A DNA stretch of 64,000 bases from NCBI RefSeq assembly GCF_009914755.1, contig NC_060934.1; one strand, written 5' to 3'. Of the stretch, positions 27,861-40,610 are shown in pieces. Made by a program: the position numbers and the translations under genes. The notes under the pieces were generated by a model that was not told the origin of the DNA, did no database searches, and worked only from the letters and a program-made list of their open reading frames with translations. The stretch's first letter is position 1; every line of letters begins with the position of its first letter. Source of the stretch: the human T2T-CHM13v2.0 reference genome, Homo sapiens.

Positions 27861-28797
27861 TCATTTGACTCAGGTCATTCCAAAATTATAAGCAGCCCAT
27901 TCCAATGTCTAGTAAGCTATTAGGAGTTTCAATTACTTGGGCTCACCACAGCCTGATAGATGGTACTTGAAAGCAGATACTTCAAGCACTATCCATCACA
28001 ATTACTTTAGGTATTTACTTTACCCTTTTACAAGCCTCAGAATATTTCAAGGCCCCCTTTACTATCTCTGATGGAATCTATGGCTCAACATTCATGATGA
28101 TGAATGGAATCATCCATAGATAATGAAATGTGCATAGATGATGGAATCTATGGCTCACGATGATGATGATGATGATAGCGATGATGATGGTGATGGTGAC
28201 TCCTAGGTTGCAAATGACAGAAACCCAACTCAAACTAGGGTAGACCAAAAAGGAGATGCAATCACTCATGGAATAGAAAATCCAAAGATTGAGTTATTGT
28301 CCAGTTGGAATTCACATGATGTCTCTCTTTCTTCATCTCTTGGTTCTGTTTTCTCTATTGGCTTTGCTTTTGGAAGGCTGTCTCCATGCAATTTAAAGAA
28401 TTGGAAAACCAAAACATTTTCTACACATTAATAATAGTTTGAATTTCACCCATTTGAATGTCATATTTTAAGTAGATCCAAATGCCTTCTATGAATACTT
28501 ACATACAACTTATTTTTCTCTGCTAATGAGTTGCTTGTTTTCTTACTTAATTGCGTATGAAAATCATAAATATCTTATTCCTATTCAACTAAGTTGCATT
28601 TATGATTAACTTGCCAGATGAAAGATGAAATTTCCTTTATTGATAAGAAATCAGGTTCCAGTTAATTCTAGGGTTCATTTCATGTTACTTTCCCTTCATC
28701 CATTATAATTAAATTAGCCTGTCCTCTGCTCAACTAATAGCTTACTAGACATTGGAATGGACTGTTTTATAATTTTGGAATGATCTGAGTCAAATGA
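27861..28797. repeat. ~63-bp inverted repeat pair (27861-27923 / 28734-28797)
   Basis: 3 substitutions and 1 indel on manual alignment. Confidence 0.93.
28159..28392. repeat. Right arm of ~235-bp inverted repeat
   Basis: Reverse complement of 26435-26674, including the (CAT)n tail. Confidence 0.95.
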
Positions 28798-29134
28798 CCC
28801 GAGTGAAAGTCAGACCTCTTTCATTTATTTCGTGGTGTGACCTTCGGGAGTACTTTTAAGTAACTCAACCTTGATTTCCACCTTGGTGAAATGAAAATAA
28901 AAATACTTGTTCTAGTAATGTCAAAGGGCAATGGGGGGATCATAGGAAATGAAGTATAAAATGATACTTTGAACACTCTAATGCAATGTCAATGTAAAAA
29001 CCACAAAGTAAAAAATGCAAAGTTCATTTGAAGCTAAATGCTTACACTTACAAAGGGAAGTAATAATTTAATTAAGTCACCAAAAGTCCTCTTTTTCAAA
29101 TTAGACAAGCTATAACTATTTTTTAAGTTAATTT

Positions 29135-29550
29135 TTAAAAAATTCTTATTGGAAGTTGACAATTTATGGTTGCATATATTTATGGGGTACAGAATTGCCA
29201 TAATTTATGAATACAATGTGGAATAATTAAATCAATCTAAATAATATATCCATTACCTCAAATATTTACTTTTTCGTGGCGAGAACATTTGAAATTTACT
29301 CTTAGCAATTTTGAAGTGCACTATATACTATCTTCACCACACTGTGCACTAGATCTCAAAAAAAGTATTCCTCCCGTTTAGAGATTTTGAACTCTTTGAC
29401 TATCACCTTGCCATTCCTCCCACCCTCCAGCCTCTGTAACCACCATTCTACTTTCTGCTTCTAGGAGTTCAAGTATTTTAGATTCCACATAAAAGTGAGA
29501 ATATGCAGGATTTGTCTTTCAGTGCCTGGCTTATTTCACCTGGCATCATA
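29135..29550 (-). mobile_element. L1MA-like 3' fragment
   Basis: Reverse L1M 3'UTR motifs (TTTAGATTCCACAT, GCCTGGCTTATTTCAC). Confidence 0.75.
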
Positions 29551-29552
29551 GT

Positions 29553-29915
29553 CGTTATGAACTAAATGTTTCTGTCCCACCAAAACCCGTATGTTGAAGC
29601 CCTAGCCCCCATTGTGACCGTACTTGAAGGTGGGACCTTTGGGAGGTGATTAGGGTTAGATGGGATTGTGAGAGTGGGACTCCCTTGATAAGATTAATAT
29701 CTCTAAAGGAAGGAGGAAAAGCACCACAGTTCTATCCCTCTACTGAAGTCACAGTACAAAGGTGTCTGCAAGCCGGTAAGAGGGCCCTCGCTAAGAATCA
29801 AATCTGCCAGCACCTTGATCTTGGACTTCCCAGTCTCCAGAACTTTGAGAAAAGTCTGTTGGTTAAGCCACTTAGTCTGTGGTATTTTGTTATAGCAGCC
29901 AGAACAGACCAATAC
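29553..29915 (+). mobile_element. MaLR LTR (MLT1A-like)
   Basis: GGGAGGTGATTAGGG...CACCTTGATCTTGGACTTCCCAG...GGTATTTTGTTATAGCAGCC. Confidence 0.8.
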
Positions 29916-30229
29916 AATACAGTGTTCTGAGCCCTTTCCTACCCTGATGCATGTATTCTGAATTAATAAATTAAGACTCACTCCAAAACAGGAATAAAAG
30001 AAAAAGGCAATGGCACATAGTAAAGTCATTTATGAATCTCAAAATAGACTTCACATTGCCATTTGTATATAAGTGATTAAAAAAAGATTCTCCTTTAAAA
30101 AATTAACATAAATAGTGTATTTTTAAATGGAAGACAACAGTAGTAGGAAGTTGCCATTATTTGAAATTGTTTTAAAAATAATTATTAAACATTTTTCTTC
30201 CAAAAAGCCTTATGGCCAACTATTTCTCT

Positions 30230-30560
30230 TTTTTCCTTTTATTTTTAGTTGACACATAATTGTACATATTTATGGGATACAGAGTGATATTTTAATATGT
30301 GTACACAACATATTATGATCCCATCAGGGTAATTAGCATATCCATCACCTCAAACATGTATCATTTCTTTGTGTTGTGAACACTCAAAATCCTCTCTTCT
30401 AGCTTATTAAAAACATCCAATCAATTATAGTTAACCATATTCACCTTACGGTGCTGCAGAACACCAGAGCTCATTCCTTTGTATCGATTAACCAACCTCT
30501 CCCCATCCTCTCCTCCTGCCACTGTGTCCTAGCCTCTAATACCCACAGCTCTACTCTCTA
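30230..30560 (-). mobile_element. L1MA-like 3' fragment
   Basis: TTGTACATATTTATGGGATACAG... motif. Confidence 0.75.
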
Positions 30561-31805
30561 GGAAGTTGCCATTTGCTTAGCCTTCAACTTCAAAAATTTT
30601 TACTAGGAACTAGAAGTGAGAAAAGATAGTGCAGCAAGAGAACTCTTATAGAAATTACATGTCTATTTCAGCACATTACATATTACAACACTGAATCACA
30701 TTAAATTTCTAAAACCAGTTAAACGGTATGACCAGTTAGCATTTGCTTATTAAAGAAGTTCATGATGATGTGCTCCTATAGGCAATTAATCTCAAATTTA
30801 TTTCACTGGTCTAAGAGATTTCCTTCAGGAATAGTTTCCTCAGTTCAAAAATTCAAAATGAAATGAAATTTCATATGTATGTATGTAATATACATTCCGT
30901 TTATATATCATAAAATATATATTATATTGTGTATAAGATATATATACAAATATTACATGATATACTACATTTATACTTAGGGAACACTTTCCCTTAATAT
31001 AAAGAGTATATAAGCAGATTTGGAAAAGCTATGAGCTACTTTTTGACCATTTAAAAAACATAAAAAAAAAAAAGCTTTTAAAGGTGGACTATAGACATGA
31101 TATTTTTAGTTTTAAGGTCTTAATATTAAGAAAATTTAATATATTACTTGTGAGCAAAAAGTGCACCATTATGTTTTTGGGGAAATTTTTGCAGAGAATA
31201 AAATGAAAAGTGGACATGAGTTCCTCTATTCTATATGTTAAATATATTATTTTTCCCTACTTAGAACACAAACTACTTATAAGTAATGTAGCATTTATCC
31301 AGACCTTCACATGTGAGCATCTTATTTCTGATATCAAATGTCAAGAAAGGGAGAGAACTCTGGTCTTTTTCCTCCTTCCTTTAGAGACATTTGCTGCAGG
31401 AAAGCGACAGGAAAAGTTGGTTCTAAAATGTTTTTATAATAACTAAATTTGAAAGAATCAAGCTCTCTCCACCCATATTCAAAACATTTTTTTAAAAACT
31501 GCTATAAAGCTATAAAACTATTTATAGAGCTTCTGAGCTACAACTAAAACAAAAAACTAGGCTGTTTTTCAAGTTTTCCCAGGAAATCTGGGTAATTTCT
31601 TCTCGCAACTTTAATGGGAAATGTTAACACACACTTTCTTGTTTCTAATGAAAATGCAACACTTTATTAGTGAAGATCAAAGTGAAAAAAAAGAGTAATG
31701 CCTTAATATCTGAAACACTGAATTAGTAGAGAATTAGGTAAACATTTCCTGGGTTTTTTCTTTACTTTTCTTCATAATATTTAATAATAAACACCAAGAT
31801 CGTAC

Positions 31806-31916
31806 CTCCCTCAGAAGGTTGGTGATGTACTTTACATGTAAAAATTCTGGAGTCTTGTCTAAATCCAGTGATGACCTTCCTTTAATCTCCTTCTCAAAAT
31901 CCTCTTTGTAAACTTT
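31806..31916 (-). CDS. NEBL: NEBL exon (approx. exon 12), 111 nt: KVYKEDFEKEIKGRSSLDLDKTPEFLHVKYITNLLRE
   Basis: CAG acceptor, GTACGA donor. Confidence 0.95.
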
Positions 31917-34323
31917 CTGTTAAATAAGACCACATAATTTTAAAGTTAGCAAATATCAGTGACCATTGAAAAGAGATTTGAACAAGAGTTCCCAGAACAA
32001 AAATGATGTTTTCTTAGGTAGTTCTACCACCTGAGGGTCATCCTATCAACAGGGAAATAAGTTCAACTTTGTCATAAATTTTAGAATTCTACCAAACAAA
32101 GGAGAATTATTAAGTGGACTCTTCCTCTGGTAAATCATTCTAAGTGAGGCTTCCTAACATCTTACTAGCCTAGGATTAATATCAGCCCATTTTTTGGAGG
32201 AGAACCAACAAGACTGGCTATTTGACTGGATCCCCCAATTGGTTTACTCCAAGGTGAGTGGATCCACTGACTGGGGGAAAATCTGGTGGCACGGAAGCCA
32301 TTCAAACCACCTTCAAACCCAAGCAGCATTAATGTTCATGTCCCCATCATCCTTCTTCATCAGACTTTTGCAAATTTAGGAAATATCACTTCTAAAATGT
32401 AATGATGCCTGAGGGTTAGGGAGGGGGTTTCCCTTTAATGATTTTGGAGTTGAGAATATTTCTCTACCATCTATGGTGTTTGATATGAATGAAGTTGTGC
32501 TGTGAGGAGAATTTTATCTTGAACCTTATAACTGAACTCCTCCTTTAAGTGAGAGTTCACAACAAGAAATGAAAGGTGGATGCGACGGTGATAGCTGGGG
32601 GCTTAGATTCAGACCACCATTAGCCTTTTTAAAACACTGAGCCACTCTTTGGCTATGACTCTCTAAATTCTAACATTTGAACTACACATTTGAAAAATCA
32701 GTGATAATGCATGCTTTATGACTATAAAGACAGCCTCTCTAAATAACAAAAATATCCATCCATGTGAAATATCTACTAAACAAGGGCCCAGATTTTACCA
32801 GCCAAATATTTTGTTCAAATTGCATCCCTGAAATGATAAAAGTAAATAAATTCTGCATGAAATTGTTATTCAGGCAAAAAGAGAAGCTGTTTCCAGGTTG
32901 ATTATTTATTCATTATAGAGATAGGTAATTTTATAAATAAAGAATGTCTCTAAACCATGAAGGAGAATAAGAGAAGCATGCTGTCTCCTCACTTAGCACA
33001 TGTGTTCCATACAGCAATCTAACAAACAACGTGGATATAGCCACAAGGAGAGAAACAAAGGATGTTCTGAAAGTCTAACAAAGTTAAATAACCAGTTGCA
33101 TTGAGAACATCCTGAACTAAAGAACTGAGATACAATGACCAAAAACAACGACTAGAAACTTTCCTCTTCCTTATGTGGAATTAGTAGAGATAACAGTTAC
33201 AAGGCTGAATCTAGGGCATCTCTAGGCTAAAAAGGACTCTTTAAATGGTGAAATAGAAATATGTCTATGCATTCACGCATGCATTTACATCAGCTAATTC
33301 ACTTCAAAAAGCCCTTCTGGAAAAAAAAGTTATTTTACTGAAGTAAGTCATTAAGGGAGGTTAATTACGACTAGAAGTAGCCAAAATATATAGCTAGAAA
33401 AAAAAAAACCTTTTGGGTATGCTTTTTGAAGAAAGCAGTATTTGTGAAATAAGACAAAGAACTTTTCAAGCCAAATTTAAAGATTTCCTCCAGAAAACAC
33501 ACACATTAAGCCTATATCTGCCATTGGAAGAAAGTATGATAAACTTAATTATAGGCCATAGCAAAGACACCAGTGGCTTTTCTTGGGATCATAAATACTT
33601 AAGTTTACCTGTAAGAGGTTCCTTGAGGAACTCATAGTCAAACCTACCTCTTGGGAATAAAAAAACATCTCTAAGACAAATGATTCTCTTTATACCTACT
33701 TCATCAGTCCTATATTTAAAAATATTTTTTACACCAAACTTTGTCTAAGACTTTTAGCTACTTTATTTTTCTGGCCTTTAGCATATGAATTGGGTCCAAA
33801 GATACTTTCTACTGAAAGATTTCACTCTCCTCAAGAAATGATGGTTGAGCCTAAAACATCTAATAGTCAATGACTATAATTAAAGGGAATATATGTCAGG
33901 GAAAACATGTCTCACTTGGCAAGAGTGAGAGAAGAAGTTGGGTGAAGAAAAGAGAGACTATCTAAAATCCCAAATCATAAATTACTGTTATTTCTACTAC
34001 AGAAACATAGTATTTGAATATATTAATCATGAATTATAAGTTTCTGGATTTATCAGTGAAAGGAAAGTTATCCACAGAAGGAAATAAGAAAGTTAAGAAA
34101 CTGTGCAACCAGAATGATAAAAGGTTGCTCAGCATGAATGTTTCTAGGGCTGAGGATCAAAGAAGAGGGGAGGGGGTAAAGGGAAAGGGGCAGGGGAGGA
34201 AACTAGAAGGAGGTCCAGCCTGAAATACTGATGCTGCCAGAAATGTTCTCAGAAAAGGAAAGTGATTTTTGATCCCTGTCTCTTTCAGTGAAAATGTATG
34301 TTAACAGCTTCATACTGTCTTAA

Positions 34324-34566
34324 CCCATTTCCGTTTTGCCTCAAGAATATTCTTGTCTCTAATCCTAACGTAACATTATAAACCTGTCTGTTCCATTAGA
34401 ATTAGAGACAAGGTCTGTTTAGAAATAACTCCAAGAACAGTTTTTATATTTTATTTTCACGTTGAAAATCAGGTCCGATTTGCTTCAGCCCCAAAGAGCA
34501 TGTTTATGTAAAATTAAATGAGTGCTGGCAGCAAACTGCACATTTTTTTTCTAAATGGGAAATGGG
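34324..34566 (+). mobile_element. piggyBac-family MITE (MER75B-like)
   Basis: TTAA TSDs on both sides, CCCATTTCC...GGAAATGGG TIRs, 243 bp, internal palindrome. Confidence 0.88.
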
Positions 34567-35000
34567 TTAACCTTTCAGAAGACCCACTAAGCAAAAGCAC
34601 TATGATAGCTCCTGAAAACAGAAACCTTTCTCTGGGCTGTGGGTCAGTGACAATGGCCACATTATCTCTACAAAACAGGGACATTCATTGGGTGGCTCTA
34701 CTCCATCCAAAAAGTGCTGCTGCAGAAAAAAGTGCTGCTGCAGTGGAAGATAGTAAAGCAATGAAAAGAATGTATAAAATACTTTATATACTTTATACAG
34801 TGTTTACAAACTGTTATCTAAAGGAAGAAAAGGTAATCTAGGGAAATTTATTCCATTAAATGTAAATTTTTGTAGGGTTTCTGAACTTTGACCAAATTCA
34901 CTAGTATCAATTCACTTGAAACAAATAACTAATTTAATCAAAATGGTTACTTCATATTTCTTTATCAGATTCCTCTTCATTGGCTTAAGAAGATACAAGA

Positions 35001-35354
35001 CAGGAGTCTCCAATCCTTAGACCATGGACCAATATCAACCATGGCCAGTTAGCAACCCGGTAACAAAGCAGGAGGTGAGCAAGGGTGAGGGAGCATTCCT
35101 GCCTGAGCTCTGCCTCCTGTCAGATCAGCGGTGGCATTAGATTCTCATAGAAGCACAAACCCTATTATGAACTGTGCATGCAAGGGATCTAGGCTGTGCA
35201 CTCCTTATGAGAATCTAACTAAAGCCTGATGATCTGAGATGGAAGAGTTTCATCCTAAAACCATCCCCTCCAACACCACCACCACTCGCCAGTCCATGGA
35301 AAAATTGTCTTCCATGAAACCCATCCCTGGTGCCAAAAAGATTGGAGACCACTG
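35001..35354 (+). mobile_element. hAT-Charlie MITE (MER1B-like)
   Basis: CAGGAGTCTCCAA...TTGGAGACCACTG TIRs; CTCCTGTCAGATCAGCGGTGGCATTAGATTCTCATAG core. Confidence 0.85.
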
Positions 35355-35919
35355 AATAAGACACAAAAAATACAAGTAATTCTTTTTCCTTTTTGCTTGA
35401 AGAAGAAATTAAACAATTTTGTCTATTCAGTAAACCATAGTAATATCTGAGTGCCTTTTTCCCAAGAATATGAATTATAACATTTCAACAAATAGCATAG
35501 TTAATGCTTACAAAATTCCTGAGAGTTTTTTTGTCTACAAGTTATCATTTCTGCCTGTTTTGATGTTGTTATTGGGCAACAGAAAGGATCTTATTCATTG
35601 AGCATGCCTAGCATGAAGCATCAAGGTTGTATTGGACTGAGACCAGCATCCACTATTTCTATCCCTTTGCATTAAGAACCCAGCTGCACCCACAAAACTT
35701 TGATATAGGCTGCAGACAAAACCTTGTGTGTCTGATCCTGAAAAGGTAAGAAGGAAAACACACACACATACACACACAAATAAGTCTCGCTGGAACAGAG
35801 AAAAAAAAAGTGTGGGGAATATCGAGATGTTACTTAGCATAATCTTAGGTTGAGAATAAAGTAGGTAAGTAGAAAACACTCTTAATTGTTTATTGAAAAA
35901 AAATCAATCAAATACGCCG

Positions 35920-36315
35920 CCTATGCTTTGAATGTGTCCCTTCAAAGTTCGTGTGTTGAAAACTTCATCCCCAACGCAACACTGTTGGGGGGTGGGAACT
36001 CTAAGAGGTGATCAGGCCATAGCGCTCTGCCTCATGAATGGATTGATGCCAATATCATGGGAATGGTTTTGTTACCATGGGGTTGGGTTCCTGATAAAAG
36101 GATGAGTTTCCCATCTCCTCCTCTAAGGCATGTGCAAGCACTCTCTGTCTTTCCACCTTCTGCCATGGGATGATTCAGCAAGAAGACCCTTGGCAGATGT
36201 GAATCCTTGGATTTTGAACTTCCAGCCTCCAGAACTGAAAGAAATTAATCTCTGTTCTTTATAAATTGCCCCGTCTGTGGTATTCTGTTATAGCAACACA
36301 AAATGGACTAAAATA
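35920..36315 (+). mobile_element. MaLR LTR (MST-like)
   Basis: CTATGCTTTGAATGTGTCCC...GTATTCTGTTATAGCAACACAAAATGGACTAA. Confidence 0.8.
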
Positions 36316-36942
36316 TAAACTAAAGAGAAAAGGAAATCATTCATGATTTTGACCAGGTGCTAAAACATTAACATTTACTGGATACAGAATTTCATCTAAG
36401 ACAATTTCAGTAGACACATTCTTAATCTACAGAGAACACCTTCCTAGCATCATTACTTTGAGGACTAAATGAGCTGACATATATAAGACTCTTAGCATAT
36501 TACCTAGCATGTAGTAAGTATTTTAAAAATGTTACTTCTATTTTCATTGAAAAAAAAAGGGGGCCAGGTAAATAAAGCAACCAGCTATTCGTTTTTAGTT
36601 TTTATGAACTCATCATAGTTTTACATTAATATCTGAAAGGCAAAAGGTAAAATTAACATTTGAAAGTGTCAGTTATATTATCATAGAAAATTAGAACTGA
36701 GGGGGATTTTAAAAGCTCATCTAGCTTGAGATCCAATTCACCAATGAGAGAAGCTAAGGACCAGATAAACTCAATGACCTAGACAAGATCCCAGGCAGTG
36801 GGTGGCTGGGTCTAGAAAGCAGGTCCTTGAATCTGCCCACAGCAGCACTCTTCCTTCCAGACCCACTGAACATTCTGCGTCCTTTCAAATGACAAAACAT
36901 CAAATTTACATTAAACAATTAGTAACAAACTAATTGACCTAC

Positions 36943-37050
36943 TTCACTTTGCATCTTTTGAGCCTCCTTTGAAGCTTGATATGATGGTGTCTCAACAAAT
37001 TCAAGCATTGGCTTTCCCTTATTTTTCTCATATTCTTCTTTATATTTCAC
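36943..37050 (-). CDS. NEBL: NEBL exon (approx. exon 11), 108 nt: VKYKEEYEKNKGKPMLEFVETPSYQASKEAQKMQSE
   Basis: AAG acceptor, GTAGGT donor; within ORF 36919..37209. Confidence 0.95.
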
Positions 37051-38028
37051 CTTCATTGGAAAAAGAAAAGCATATACAAATCGAAAGTCCTTATACAAAC
37101 AGAGCAAACTAAGAAAAAATATATGTTCTAAACTAGTCATCTTGTTGTCTAAAATCATATTATTCTGGCCATTTAGGTTGAGCACTGGGTTCCCTTTGGT
37201 TAATGACATACAAGGAAAGTAAACAGGTAATATAAAATATCTTAAGGGATAAAAATAATTTAGAACAACTAACTAATGTAGTTCTAGGAGTTGTATAAAG
37301 CATCTTGTCAAATGGCTGGAATATATAGATATGTATCGTATATATGGGGTTATACATGTATATGCAAATGGCATACACACATAGGTAGCAGGTGTGAGAA
37401 AGAGAGAGATCCTTGAGGTTGCATTGATGTCTATTGGTAAATCAAGAACAAGAAAGAAAACATGGGTATGATTCTCTATTTTTTCTGTCAAACGGAGGAG
37501 GATGTCCTCCAGGGATGCTGAATTTTTTCATAGACACTGAGTAAAACACTCACACAGACCTTATATGATTTATATCAATTTCACTATGCAATATTTAATA
37601 TCATATTATGAAATGTTTAATTCAATTACAGTCTAATCCTCATCTTACTTCGGTTTATAAAATGAGTGATATTTTTTATCTTCCAATAACAAAAAATAAT
37701 ATGTAAGCCATCACAATGGTTGGCTTTTTAAGCAATATACTGTTTAAAATTAAACTCATAGAAGTTTTTATACTTCATTTCATTCAGAAATGTGCTCTTG
37801 ATAAAATTTATGTTTAATAATATCTATACAATTATTTCTTAAGTTATTAAAATAATAATGTTAATGATAATTCCACCCAAGAGAAATTTTTCAAACTTAG
37901 AACTTTATGAAACAGGAAATATGACACATTTTAAAATACCTATTTGTAGACATAATTTTGTTGCAAAGAGTATGATAGAGTAATCAATAAAGTATCGGGA
38001 AGTATAATAACACACAACACTAGGATAG

Positions 38029-38401
<373 letters not shown>

Positions 38402-39093
38402 TTAAAGGGGAACTGTTTCGTATATTTTTAAAACCAATGAAGGTGAGTACGAAATTATTATGGACTTTAAGTTCCACAGAATACATTTAAAAGAGTGATA
38501 TAATATTTTATCTTAACAGATGCTGGAACTGACATCTTTTGCAACTATTTAAGCTCAGAATTAAAAAAAAATAACGACTTTAAAGTATGCTAGAGAGAAG
38601 ATTTTTTTTAAGTTTATTCAGGGGGTACCTAGAATTTCATATTGGAAAAAAATATTAATCAAGAATACATTAGTCATATTGTATTCCCTTTTAATAACAC
38701 TTATAATTGAAATAAGAAATTATAATAAACCTTGCACCTGGAAAATTAACGTTACTGCTCAAAATGACAAATCAAGACACTAGAAAAATTTAAATCATCA
38801 TGTGGTTTGACCATAGTTTAATTAATTCCTATCTTGTAACTTTTTAATTATGTGAATTAACGGTTATTTTACAAAATGCCTTTAGATTGAAATATGGTTC
38901 AAGCTCCCCTGACCCCAATACCTACACAGCAAATAGTGTTTGAGATTTTCAAAAGTAATGTTAATATTCTCAGGATTTATTCTTTTCTGCAACTGTACTT
39001 TCTCAGTTAAGACGCACGGCAGTGAGCGGCGGGCCTCAGGATGGTTACGGGTTGCTGGCAGGGAGGGTAGGTACCGTACGGGCAAGTGCGTAC

Positions 39094-39198
39094 CTGACTT
39101 TGGAGGACGGCATTGCCTTTATGGTGCAGATGTTCCACAGCATCTGCATCAAAATGATACATTCCTTTGTTTTCCTCAAAGAGCTTTTTATATTCTCG
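39094..39198 (-). CDS. NEBL: NEBL exon (approx. exon 10), 105 nt: REYKKLFEENKGMYHFDADAVEHLHHKGNAVLQSQ
   Basis: TTTTAG acceptor, GTACGC donor. Confidence 0.95.
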
Positions 39199-39949
39199 CT
39201 AAAATACAGAATGGGGAAATCAACTTAGAATCAAAGAGACTGATTAGAGCAATAAATACTTAGAAATACAAACTGCACATTACAAGCCACCAAGAGCTGC
39301 AAAGCTGTTGCCAAGTCCCCATCTGCAGTTGGCTGGCAGGTAGGAGGTTTCTGACACTGAGATACACAGACAATGCAAGACAGACCAGCTCTAGGTCAGC
39401 ATATGAAACACGCAAGAGAGGCAGAGGACAATTAACCGCAAACATAATGTAAAGGATATTCACAACACCAGGGTGTGGCAACGGAAAGCTAGCGCTAGGA
39501 CATGCGGAAAAAGGTAAAGTGGGGAAAAATAAAAGCAATTTGTCTTGCTCTTATCTTATGACAGGAATATGTTTAATACTGTTCAAAAGAAGAGAAGGAA
39601 AGAAAAGCAAAAAGAACAGAGGAAAAGAAACCCAGAGGCAAGGAATAAAAAAGTCCTATACAAAAAGACTCCACCACAAAGAAGATTGAGAGGCACAAGG
39701 AAAATGTAAGAGAAATAAGCAACTATTGTTCCTAAAAGGAAAGGGTAAAAGGTGCCTGAAAGAGAAATTGAGAAATCTGGGAACAGTCAGTTGAGTTTTT
39801 AAGGTGAAAAAATTGGATGAAGGCTACTATTTGGACATATAGACAAAAAGTTGAATTTGGAAGACACCAAATTGAACAGGGATGCCAAGTTTGGCCACTG
39901 AAAGAAGCTAAATGTAACAGGCAGCAATATGACAAAAATTGTTTCATTA

Positions 39950-40610
39950 GCAACCTAAGTGTCCATCAACAGATGAATGAATAAAGAAAATGTGGCACAT
40001 ATACACAACGGAATACTATACAGCCACAAAAATGAACGAGATCCTGCCATTTGCAACAACATGGATGGAACTGGAGGTCATTATGTTAAGTGAAATAAGC
40101 CAGGCACAGAACAACAGATTTCACATGTTCTCACTCATATGTGGGAGCTAAAATAGTGAGACCCCAGTTCTACAAAAAATAAAGAAATCAGCTGGGCATG
40201 GTGACATGCACCTATAGCCCCAGCTACTCGGGAGGCTGAACTTATGAAGACAGAGTAGAATGATGGCTACCAGCAGCTGGGAAGAGTGGTGGGGAGAGGA
40301 GATAAAGTGGAGATGGTTAAGGAGTGCAAAAATACCGTTAGAGAGAATGAGTTTAAGATCTAGTATTCAATGCCACAATAGGGTGACCATAGTTAACAAT
40401 AATTTATTGTACATTTTAAAATAACTAAGAGTGGAATTGAAATGTTCCTAACAGAAAGAAACGACAAATGCTTGAACTGATGGATACCTCAATTATCCTA
40501 ATTTGATCAATACACACTGTATGCCTGTATCAAAACATTACATTTACCCCATAAATATATACAACCATTATGTATCAATAACAATTATAAATTAGAAAAT
40601 TTTAAAAATA
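39950..40610 (+). mobile_element. L1MA-like 3' end containing an internal Alu fragment (~40155-40240)
   Basis: CAACCTAAGTGTCCATCAACAGATGAATG... L1 end; embedded Alu linker segment. Confidence 0.8.

Noticed and set aside
31518-31527. Perfect MEF2-type site CTATTTATAG
   Set aside because: Expected by chance in AT-rich DNA; no supporting motif cluster can be shown from sequence alone.
34710-34800. Short tandem duplications (AAAAAGTGCTGCTGCAG x2; ATACTTTAT x2), plus similar ones near 110, 10305 and 53298
   Set aside because: Ordinary slippage duplications with no spacer structure, so not CRISPR-like.
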